Below are positions 34,861 to 43,055 of a stretch of DNA of 64,000 nt, piece by piece. The stretch comes from an uncultured Bacilli bacterium. GTDB taxonomy: Bacteria; Bacillota_I; Bacilli_A; RF39; UBA660. Position numbers and translations under genes: made by a program. How positions within the stretch are numbered: position 1 is the first letter of the stretch; each line of letters begins with the position of its first letter. The stretch spans positions 41,200 through 105,199 of the forward strand of contig CANRAF010000002.1 of NCBI GenBank assembly GCA_947628535.1, written 5' to 3'. The notes under the pieces are model-generated. The model saw only the letters and a program-made list of their open reading frames with translations. It did no database searches and was not told the origin of the DNA.

Positions 34861-36045
34861 CTATATATTTCCAGAGAATGCATCTTCAAGAACTCCGAGA
34901 TATTGTTTAAATATATTAGCCTTTTCAATATTTTCATTTGTTATAAGTTTAACTTTCTTTATGGTTTTACCACTGTCTTTTAAATATAGATAACCTATTT
35001 CATCACCTTTTTTAATTGGATACTTTAAATTATCTAATTTGATATCGTATGTATACTTTTTAGGAGTACTACCCTTTTTAGTTGTTACTCTTACATCTTC
35101 ACTTAAAATTAAATCTATTTTTTTCTTATCTGCTTTGTTTAAATTTATACTTTTAACTATATCTCCTTTATTTAAAATGCTCCTGCTTTCATACTGATTA
35201 TATCCATAATCAAGCATTGCCATAGCTTCAGTATTTCTTGAATTTGTATTGTTATAACCAAAACTAATAGCAATTAGTCTTAAGCCATCTCTTTTCGCAG
35301 TTACTGCAATAGATGAACCTGCTTCATCTGTAAATCCTGTTTTAAGCCCATCTACTCCTTTATAAAATCTAACTAATTTATTAGTATTTACAACCCATGT
35401 TTTATTTTCAGTATTTTCTCTAATATAATCTTCATATTTACTAGTGTATTCTAAAACTTTTTCATGTTTTAATAATTCACTTGCTATTATTGCCATATCA
35501 TAAGCTGAAGAATATCCTCCTTCTTCATCAAAACCAGTACTATTTACAAAATTAGTATTTTTAAGTCCTAAAGCCTTTGCTTTTTCATTCATTTGATTTA
35601 CAAAAGCTTCTTCTGTTCCACTTACTCTTTCTGCCATTTGAACCATCGCATCATTAGCGCTTGCCATAGTAATTCCTTTTAAAAGATCATTTACACTTAT
35701 TTTTTCTCCTTCTTCAAGCCATATTTGAGTACCACCCATTTCTTTGGCATTTTTACTTACTGTTAAAATTTCATTTGTTTTTATAGAACCTGAATCTATT
35801 TTTTCAAATATTAATAAAAGACCCATCATTTTAGTAAGAGAAGCAACACTTGTTCTTTGATTGGCATTTTTATTATATAAAACTTCTCTTGTATCATAAT
35901 CAATCATAATAGCACTACTTGCTCCAGGAGTTATATCAGGACTTTTTTCTAAAGCAAAACTATAACTAGGTATAATTAAAAACGATAAAGAAAGAATTAT
36001 ACTTATTATTTTTTTCATAACATCACCTAATAAAAAATATGTCAT
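34861..36045 (-). CDS. D-alanyl-D-alanine carboxypeptidase (S11, PBP5/DacB-like) with signal peptide
   Basis: SxxK motif in SVASLTKMM, an SxN region and KTG in GLKTGFT. C-terminal beta-sandwich domain. Confidence 0.75.
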   Translation of the reverse strand: MTYFLLGDVMKKIISIILSLSFLIIPSYSFALEKSPDITPGASSAIMIDYDTREVLYNKNANQRTSVASLTKMMGLLLIFEKIDSGSIKTNEILTVSKNAKEMGGTQIWLEEGEKISVNDLLKGITMASANDAMVQMAERVSGTEEAFVNQMNEKAKALGLKNTNFVNSTGFDEEGGYSSAYDMAIIASELLKHEKVLEYTSKYEDYIRENTENKTWVVNTNKLVRFYKGVDGLKTGFTDEAGSSIAVTAKRDGLRLIAISFGYNNTNSRNTEAMAMLDYGYNQYESRSILNKGDIVKSINLNKADKKKIDLILSEDVRVTTKKGSTPKKYTYDIKLDNLKYPIKKGDEIGYLYLKDSGKTIKKVKLITNENIEKANIFKQYLGVLEDAFSGNI

Positions 36046-36067
36046 AAAAAGATAGTTAGAACTTTAA

Positions 36068-37216
36068 CTATCTTATATATTTTTTTGTTAAATAATCTTT
36101 ATTTGGTTTTATATTTTCTTTAAAAAATGAAAAATCATTATCTAAAAAGCCAATATCTTCAAACATTTGTCTATCACTTATAAGTGCTTGGTTTGATAAA
36201 AAGTTTTTAATTTCTTTTAATCCTTCTTTTTTATCCTGTTTATAAATTTTAAAAAAGTATTCTGCTATTAATGAACCATAGCCATAATGTATTAAATTTA
36301 GATAGTTTTCAACATCTTCAAACTCAAATGCGAATTCTCTTCCTTTATTATATTCTTTATAGCAGTCATAATCTATGATTTGATAATATTGATCATCAAA
36401 AATACAAGAACCATTAATACATGCAAAAACAACAAAGTTTAAATGCATTAAATTACAAAAAATATCTTCATTTTTTAAATACAAACTTCTTTCCGCATCA
36501 TCATAAAAAATTCTATTTTCAATTAAAAAATCAATAAATATTCTCTCAAAAAATTCAGACATTACTTCACTAAAACTATAATAGTACCTAAACATTTGTT
36601 GATTTGAGGACATTGATCTCATAAATTCATTTTCATAGGAATGACCGATCTCATGGACTAAAGTTTGAAGATATGTAACTGAAGGACTATTCCCATTTTC
36701 TAAAGAAATCTTATCTGGTTCAATTCCTAATCCGTTTATACATGTACCTAAATATTCTGATTCATATTCTGAATCTTCAGGTTTAAAATTTTCAGTTAAT
36801 ATTATATTATTTGAATTTTTTAGATTATTATAAATTGCTCCAGAAGCTGAATCTACACTATTTAAGAACTCTAATAGTATTTCTTCTTCTTTTTTACTTG
36901 ATACTTTATTTTTTGGATATAATGATGCAAACGTATCATTATAATACCCTAACTCTTTATACACATCATAAATTTTACTTGTTATATTTAAATGAATATC
37001 AAAATTACTTATAAGCAGATCATAATACCCGCTATCTAAAATTAACCTACTATTTGCCTTTTTGCCAAACAGCTTTTTATAATACTTTATCTTTTCTTTT
37101 TCATCTAATCGAGCATAATATATGCATATAAGATTACTTATCATCCATCTTTTAGCACTACTTTTTTCATACTCTAATTTTTCTAAAAGTTCATCTATTT
37201 TATTCATCAAAACCAC
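36068..37216 (-). CDS. cytoplasmic HExxH zinc-metallopeptidase-like protein
   Basis: TLVHEIGHSY, with a downstream Glu-containing segment (SEVMSEFFE) that could supply the third zinc ligand. No signal peptide; 382 aa. Confidence 0.4.
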   Translation of the reverse strand: MVLMNKIDELLEKLEYEKSSAKRWMISNLICIYYARLDEKEKIKYYKKLFGKKANSRLILDSGYYDLLISNFDIHLNITSKIYDVYKELGYYNDTFASLYPKNKVSSKKEEEILLEFLNSVDSASGAIYNNLKNSNNIILTENFKPEDSEYESEYLGTCINGLGIEPDKISLENGNSPSVTYLQTLVHEIGHSYENEFMRSMSSNQQMFRYYYSFSEVMSEFFERIFIDFLIENRIFYDDAERSLYLKNEDIFCNLMHLNFVVFACINGSCIFDDQYYQIIDYDCYKEYNKGREFAFEFEDVENYLNLIHYGYGSLIAEYFFKIYKQDKKEGLKEIKNFLSNQALISDRQMFEDIGFLDNDFSFFKENIKPNKDYLTKKYIR

Positions 37217-37300
37217 CTTAAAATAATTGTATCATAATTTTAATAAAATATCTTAATTTTTTTAAATTATTTTGAATAAATTTAATTATGAGGAGACTTT

Positions 37301-38161
37301 ATGAATAAAAGAAAAAGAATTATGATAATATTATTTTTAATTTTAGTAGGTATATTTATAATTTCTATGACAACAATTTTTGAAAATAGAATAACTAATA
37401 ATAAAAATATTGAAGAAATTGATATTTATGAACCATTTAAAAAAACAAATAATTTTAAATTATCTAATAGAGATAGATATATAAAATACTATGAAAATCA
37501 TGATTATTTAAGTTATGAAGATGTCGTTACATATGTAAACATTGGACTTGATTATGGCTTTTATAAATATATAAAACCTGCAGATACAAAAAAGGGAATT
37601 AATGTTTTAGTAAATAAATATTTAAAACTTGATGAGAATTATATTCCAAATGACTTAGAAAAAATAGATGATTATTATTTTATAAATGGTAATAAAAATG
37701 CTAGACTTCTTAGAAGAGATGCTAAAATAGCTTTTGAAAAAATGAGTAAAGATTCAATAGAAAATAAAACACCAGTTTATGGCCAAAGTGCTTTTAGAAG
37801 TTATGATAAGCAAGAATATCTTTATGCTGAAGCTTTAAAAAAATTAGGAGAAGAAAAGGCAGATTTAGAAACCGCGAGATCAGGACATTCTGAACATCAA
37901 ACTGGACTTACTATTGATGTTAGTTCTACAAAAAGCGGAAATATGCTTGTTTTTGAAAATACTAAATCATATAAATGGATGTTAGATAATAGTTATAAAT
38001 ATGGATTTATTTTGAGATATCCTAAAGGAAAAGAATTTATTCACGGATTTATGTTTGAAGCATGGCATTTTAGATATGTTGGAGTTAAAGTTGCTACTGA
38101 TATGCATAATAATTATAGTAACTTAACTTATGAGGAATATTTTTATAAATTTTTAGACTAA
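37301..38161 (+). CDS. VanY/M15B-family D-alanyl-D-alanine carboxypeptidase, N-terminally membrane anchored
   Basis: M15B motifs SGHSEHQTGLTIDV and EAWHFRYVG. N-terminal TM helix. Confidence 0.65.
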   Translation: MNKRKRIMIILFLILVGIFIISMTTIFENRITNNKNIEEIDIYEPFKKTNNFKLSNRDRYIKYYENHDYLSYEDVVTYVNIGLDYGFYKYIKPADTKKGINVLVNKYLKLDENYIPNDLEKIDDYYFINGNKNARLLRRDAKIAFEKMSKDSIENKTPVYGQSAFRSYDKQEYLYAEALKKLGEEKADLETARSGHSEHQTGLTIDVSSTKSGNMLVFENTKSYKWMLDNSYKYGFILRYPKGKEFIHGFMFEAWHFRYVGVKVATDMHNNYSNLTYEEYFYKFLD

Positions 38162-38190
38162 AAAAAGGACTTTTTAGTCCTAATGTTCGT
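38160..38190. terminator. bidirectional terminator between the vanY-like gene and the lipoprotein gene
   Basis: AGGACT-tttt-AGTCCT flanked by A7 and T-rich sequence. Confidence 0.5.
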
Positions 38191-38896
38191 ATAATCCATG
38201 TATTTTTTGTCTAGTTATATCATCAATTTCGTTTAAAGTCCACTTACCATCTACTTTTGTTAGTGTAAAATCAATTGTATATTTTACTCTGTCTTTTGCA
38301 TCCTTTAATTTTTCAAGTCTATATTCTACATACTTAGCATCTGATGCAATATCATCAGCAGCATCTTCTGTTTTATCTTTTGCATCACTTACTGCATCTT
38401 TAGCAGAATCTACTGCATCCTTTGCTGCGTCCTTAACTGAACCTGCTGCATCTTCTACTTTATCTTTGGTTTCTTCGGCAATTGTTTCTACAGCATCATC
38501 ATTATCACTAGTGTTATCTTTAAATTCATCTGGATTGTTTTTGTAGTATTCTTCAGCGTCTTTATTTATTTTATAATAATCATAAACTTCAATTTCAGCA
38601 GTTACTGTTGCTGTATCACCATTGATAACTTCATCTTTGATTTCATAAGTTAAATCTTGATATTGCTTTTTCATAATATCTGAATATGTAGTTTTTTGAT
38701 CATCATCCATTAACGAATCAGAATCTACCATTTCTTTTAATTGTTCAATAACTGTTTCATCTTGGTTTTTATAATTATCTAAGAAATTTTCAACCTTTTT
38801 AGTTGGTGTATTATCCATTGAACAACCACTCAATAATACAATAGCCATAATACATGAAAAACATAATATTAATTTCTTCATAAAAAATCCTCCCAT
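38180..38896 (-). CDS. lipoprotein with acidic Asp/Ala/Lys-rich repeat region
   Basis: Lipobox LLSGC. The likely start is MKKLIL. Repetitive DAAKDAVDSAKDAVSDAKDKTEDAADD segment. Confidence 0.5.
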   Translation of the reverse strand: MGGFFMKKLILCFSCIMAIVLLSGCSMDNTPTKKVENFLDNYKNQDETVIEQLKEMVDSDSLMDDDQKTTYSDIMKKQYQDLTYEIKDEVINGDTATVTAEIEVYDYYKINKDAEEYYKNNPDEFKDNTSDNDDAVETIAEETKDKVEDAAGSVKDAAKDAVDSAKDAVSDAKDKTEDAADDIASDAKYVEYRLEKLKDAKDRVKYTIDFTLTKVDGKWTLNEIDDITRQKIHGLYEH

Positions 38897-38927
38897 TTCT
38901 AGTGTGAGAGAATTTTTTTATTTTATA

Positions 38928-39695
38928 CTATATTTCATTTAATTTATTCTTTTTGATTTTTAAAATTATTACAAATATTACGCCTGCAATAGCGATAATT
39001 CCTACTACTGTTAACCCAATTGTTAAAACTGAGTTATTTTTTTCTTTTTGCTCTTTATTATTTTCAGTATCATTTATATTTGTCTCATCTTCATCTATTT
39101 GAGGATCATTAATTTCTTCATCTATTTCATCCATTGGTTCAGTTTCTAACTCTGGGATTTTTGCTGAAAATGATAAATTAAAATCTTTGCTATCTACATT
39201 CCAAGTATATTTATTTCCGTTAATTGAATCAGCGTTAGAGTCTAATACATTTAAGTCTGTTGTTATATTTACCATTATATTATCTGCTCTTTTAAGACAA
39301 AAGAAAGGACTACTTAATTCTATTGATATTTCTCCATCATTATTTGAAAAATCAAATGTATTAAAGCATTCATTAATTATTCTTTCACTTGTTACAAAGA
39401 TCGATGAAAAATCATTTTTTAAAGTAATAATATACTCATCATTAGCTATTCTTTTTGTTTTTGTATATTTTACACTATCATTATTATCAAAATATATTGG
39501 GCCATTCACTACTGATGTTAAAAAATCATAGTTTCCAGAAGTATCAAGTTCACTCTTTTTTACTTTATAAACTATAGTTTCATGAAAATATATATTTTTA
39601 TCAATAGTCAAATTATAGTTTATACTGCTTGCATTAACATTACTTATTCCAAATAATAATAAAGTAAGAATTAATATATAATATCTCAATTTCAT
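38928..39695 (-). CDS. secreted protein with C-terminal TM anchor (tail-anchored; paralogue A)
   Basis: Signal peptide, then a C-terminal hydrophobic helix and a basic tail ending NEI. Shares VLDSNADSINGNKYTWNVDS with the neighbouring paralogue. Confidence 0.4.
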   Translation of the reverse strand: MKLRYYILILTLLLFGISNVNASSINYNLTIDKNIYFHETIVYKVKKSELDTSGNYDFLTSVVNGPIYFDNNDSVKYTKTKRIANDEYIITLKNDFSSIFVTSERIINECFNTFDFSNNDGEISIELSSPFFCLKRADNIMVNITTDLNVLDSNADSINGNKYTWNVDSKDFNLSFSAKIPELETEPMDEIDEEINDPQIDEDETNINDTENNKEQKEKNNSVLTIGLTVVGIIAIAGVIFVIILKIKKNKLNEI

Positions 39696-39705
39696 ATAGT
39701 CCTCC

Positions 39706-40446
39706 TTAAATTTCTGAAGCTTTTTTGGATTTAAGCTTTAAAATGAAAATTGTTATTAATACAATTACTCCTATAATAACTCCTATAGCTATAAAAATAG
39801 ATTGATTATTTTTATTATTGTTATTTCTTTCTGATGTAGAATTTGTATCATTATAATTCTTTTTATCTTCTTCATTTGTTTTATATGATTTGCTTTTATC
39901 AATTACAAAATATATACTTATATTTCTAGAATTAGAATTGTTTATCTTCCATGTATATATATTATCATTTTCATTTATAGTATTAGCATTACTATCTATT
40001 ACTTTGTATGGCGTAATTACATTAATGCTGATATTAGAAAAACTACATATTAAACCACTACTAGTAGAAAAAGTAATATTGTTTCCTTCTTCAATAATAT
40101 TGTAATAGTTAAAACAATTTCTTATCATTGAAGATCTAGTATGACTTTCAAAATCAAATTCTGCATTTGCTGTAAAACTTTTTTTTGAATCATCAAAACT
40201 AACATTATAATACTCAACACCAGATTCTTTTTCTCTTTTTTGCGCAAATGGATTTTCTAATTCTTGATCATAATACAAAGGAAGTGGAAAACCATTCCAG
40301 TTTTTAAATTCTGAATATTCTGAAGAATTACTAGCTGTAGCTGTTATATTTTCAGTTACTTTATTATCATCAATATTTATATTAACATTAGCTGAACAAC
40401 CTGTTAAACAAAAAAGTATCCCAAATAAAACTATTTTTTTTTTCAT
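39706..40446 (-). CDS. lipoprotein/secreted protein with C-terminal TM anchor (paralogue B)
   Basis: Lipobox LTGC. C-terminal TM plus basic tail ending SEI. VIDSNANTINENDNIYTWKIN matches the paralogue A motif. Confidence 0.4.
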   Translation of the reverse strand: MKKKIVLFGILFCLTGCSANVNINIDDNKVTENITATASNSSEYSEFKNWNGFPLPLYYDQELENPFAQKREKESGVEYYNVSFDDSKKSFTANAEFDFESHTRSSMIRNCFNYYNIIEEGNNITFSTSSGLICSFSNISINVITPYKVIDSNANTINENDNIYTWKINNSNSRNISIYFVIDKSKSYKTNEEDKKNYNDTNSTSERNNNNKNNQSIFIAIGVIIGVIVLITIFILKLKSKKASEI

Positions 40447-40456
40447 TATAACACCT

Positions 40457-42976
40457 CTACTTTGTTATTATCCAAAATCCGCTAGCTTCAGGAACAATGA
40501 CCTTATCAAAATTCCATTTTTTACTATTTTTCTTACCAGATGGATCTTGAACCATTACTTCTTTACCATCAGAACCTGTAAGAACAATAAAGTGTCCATT
40601 CTTAGTAAATGTTCCCGGTCCCATTGATGCAATAACTAAAGCGTTTCCTTTGTTAAGAGCTATTAAAACTTCATCTGAGTTTTTAACATCAACAGTTTTC
40701 ACCTTAAGTCCATATTTTTTACCTGCTTCAGTGAAGAATTCCCATACAGTACCAATCTCTCTACAATAATTATTTGAACAAGCAAAATTTGTAAGCTCAA
40801 CTGGATCATGTTTTTCGTTTAATAAACTTGAAGCTACAATAGCCATAGAAGTTGGTCCACAACCATGAGTTGCTATAGTTCCATATGAGCCATAAGGCTC
40901 TTGATAATCTGTTTGGTAATAAACCCATATTTTGCCATTAAAACTATTCTTTCCTAAAACACATGTATTAGAAGAACCTGTTATCTCAACTCCATCTGAA
41001 TAAAAATATTTTAAAATTTCATCAAATTTTTTTCCTTCATCTTGCATTTGTCTGGCAACTAGTTGGCTCATTCCATAAGCATGTCCTTTTCCATTTAATG
41101 ATCCATTAACAACTGTTTTACTATGTGGTGAATTAATTGTGATTTTATGTGTTTCTTTATTGGGCAATCTAGTATAAGTAGCTGTACACGTAGTGCCATT
41201 ACATTTTGCATCTGGGCAATCCGTATCGTTAATACAAAATGCATCATACATTGAAGAAAATACTTTTCCATCGTATCTTAAAAGCATTCCTGATGTCTCA
41301 TCTGCAGCCTTTTTAGCCTTTTCATTTGGATTTTCAGTAAATACTTGGGCACTTGTACTATTTTCAATTTTAGATGAACAATTTTTCGTTGCATTAACAG
41401 CATATGTTCTTGAAGCAATAGCTTGTGCTTTCATATTTTCAAGATTATCACCGTCATAGTAAGAATTTTCTCTTGAAACAACTCCAGCTACATAATCATC
41501 AAGTTTTAATGTCCCTACACCACTAACAGTTATTCCATTGGAGCAATAATCAGCGGAATTCCCACTTGTACCACTTGAATCACAACATCTTTCTTCAGAT
41601 GTAATGGAACCACTTGATTCATAGTCAGAAGTATCATTTGCAGCATTAGCACTATCTCCTGCTGGTTCACCATCCCACATACTACCACAATTTTTTTTGA
41701 AACCTTCATAATCTAGAAAATAATCAACATAACCATATACAAGTTTATTATTTATTTTCATTCCAAAATGTAGATGATTCCCTGAAGAGTTACCTGAACT
41801 TGCAACATTACCAATAAGTTGGCCTTTACCTACTTTATCACCTTTTTTTACTTTTATTGAACCATTAATCATATGATAATAATGTGTTTCTATTTTTCCA
41901 CCATGTAGAATCCTTACATAATTACCCATTGTCCAGCCACATTGGTCACCTGTATGAGTATTAGCATCAAAACAACCATCATGAGTTTCTGTTACTACTC
42001 CTGATTGAACAGCATACACTGGAGTTCCTCTTCCTATTGCTAAATCTATACCATGATGAGTACTGCCCCATCTTGGCCCAGGTTTACTAGTTATTGTATA
42101 ACTAAACTTTTTCCCTAATGGATTTTGCATTTTACATAAAAACTCTTTTTCATCTCCCGAACCACTATAATCTTCTCCATTATAAGTACTTCCTGAACTT
42201 CCATCTGAAGAGCACATTAATCCAGTTAAACCTGCTGCTGTACCACCAAAAATTGCAAGAAAGATAAGTAATGCTATAATCATTAAAGGTATAAGACTTA
42301 TAGCTATTATTTTAACTTGTATTGGCGCTATCATCCATAATGCTCTTATTCCTTTTTGCTTCATTTCATTTAAATTAGGAGCTACAACATCATTTTGATT
42401 TTCTTTATCTTTATTATTTTTATTATCTTGTTTATTATTCTTTAGTCTGTTAAGGGGATTTAGTCTTGAAAGTCCAAGTCCTGTTCCATTATTTTTTCTC
42501 CCTAATTGTTTACCATCATTATTATTGGCATTATTTGTATTTTTAGGACTTTGTGGCCCTTTGTTATTTTCATTTTGTTTTGAATTATTAGGATTGTTTC
42601 CTTTATTTTTATTTGTTCCTCCACCAGGTAAAGGATTTTTTTTATTACTATTTTCCCTATCAGGATTATTTCCTTTATTTTTATTATCTGTATTTCCCTT
42701 ATTTTTATTAGGAGTATTTTTATTTTTATTATTTTTTAAACCTAGAGCAGGGTTTCTACCATTTGAACCATTTTTTACGCCAGATGCTAAACCTTTCCCA
42801 AAAGTTGATACTTGATTCATAGAATTTGAACCATTAAAATTTTCATCACCAGAATCAATATTTATTCCATTGTCATTAAAACTATTATCATTATGATAAT
42901 CATCTGAATTTTGAGATGTAGGTAGTTCACTATTTGCTGTTTTTCTTTTTGCTTCTTCATTATCCAAGTTTATCAC
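40457..42976 (-). CDS. multidomain peptidoglycan hydrolase: N/K/G-rich N-terminal region, TM, M23 (LytM) peptidase, SpoIID/LytB domain, C39-like cysteine peptidase; candidate T4SS cell-wall hydrolase (PrgK/CwlT functional analogue)
   Basis: M23 motifs HHGIDLA and GNHLHFG. SpoIID-like DYVAGVVSRE...AQAIASRTYA. C-terminal GCGPTSMAIVAS ... GHFIVLTG, giving a Cys/His papain-fold pair. About 200-aa low-complexity N-terminus followed by a TM helix (LIPLMIIALLIFLAIFGG). Confidence 0.6.
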   Translation of the reverse strand: MINLDNEEAKRKTANSELPTSQNSDDYHNDNSFNDNGINIDSGDENFNGSNSMNQVSTFGKGLASGVKNGSNGRNPALGLKNNKNKNTPNKNKGNTDNKNKGNNPDRENSNKKNPLPGGGTNKNKGNNPNNSKQNENNKGPQSPKNTNNANNNDGKQLGRKNNGTGLGLSRLNPLNRLKNNKQDNKNNKDKENQNDVVAPNLNEMKQKGIRALWMIAPIQVKIIAISLIPLMIIALLIFLAIFGGTAAGLTGLMCSSDGSSGSTYNGEDYSGSGDEKEFLCKMQNPLGKKFSYTITSKPGPRWGSTHHGIDLAIGRGTPVYAVQSGVVTETHDGCFDANTHTGDQCGWTMGNYVRILHGGKIETHYYHMINGSIKVKKGDKVGKGQLIGNVASSGNSSGNHLHFGMKINNKLVYGYVDYFLDYEGFKKNCGSMWDGEPAGDSANAANDTSDYESSGSITSEERCCDSSGTSGNSADYCSNGITVSGVGTLKLDDYVAGVVSRENSYYDGDNLENMKAQAIASRTYAVNATKNCSSKIENSTSAQVFTENPNEKAKKAADETSGMLLRYDGKVFSSMYDAFCINDTDCPDAKCNGTTCTATYTRLPNKETHKITINSPHSKTVVNGSLNGKGHAYGMSQLVARQMQDEGKKFDEILKYFYSDGVEITGSSNTCVLGKNSFNGKIWVYYQTDYQEPYGSYGTIATHGCGPTSMAIVASSLLNEKHDPVELTNFACSNNYCREIGTVWEFFTEAGKKYGLKVKTVDVKNSDEVLIALNKGNALVIASMGPGTFTKNGHFIVLTGSDGKEVMVQDPSGKKNSKKWNFDKVIVPEASGFWIITK

Positions 42977-43055
42977 CTGCCTTATAGTTAGTTATAACAA
43001 TAGTATATCATATAATACGACAAAAAAAAAGAAAAGAAATTTATATTTAATATTT

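Noticed and set aside
42330-42950. Cryptic short DNA repeats (aataaaaat/aggaaa units) in the 5' third of the hydrolase gene as a CRISPR-like or minisatellite array
   Set aside because: They are imperfect and in-frame, simply encoding the N/K/G-rich low-complexity N-terminus. There are no regular spacers. The region is noted only as a possible length-variable segment.
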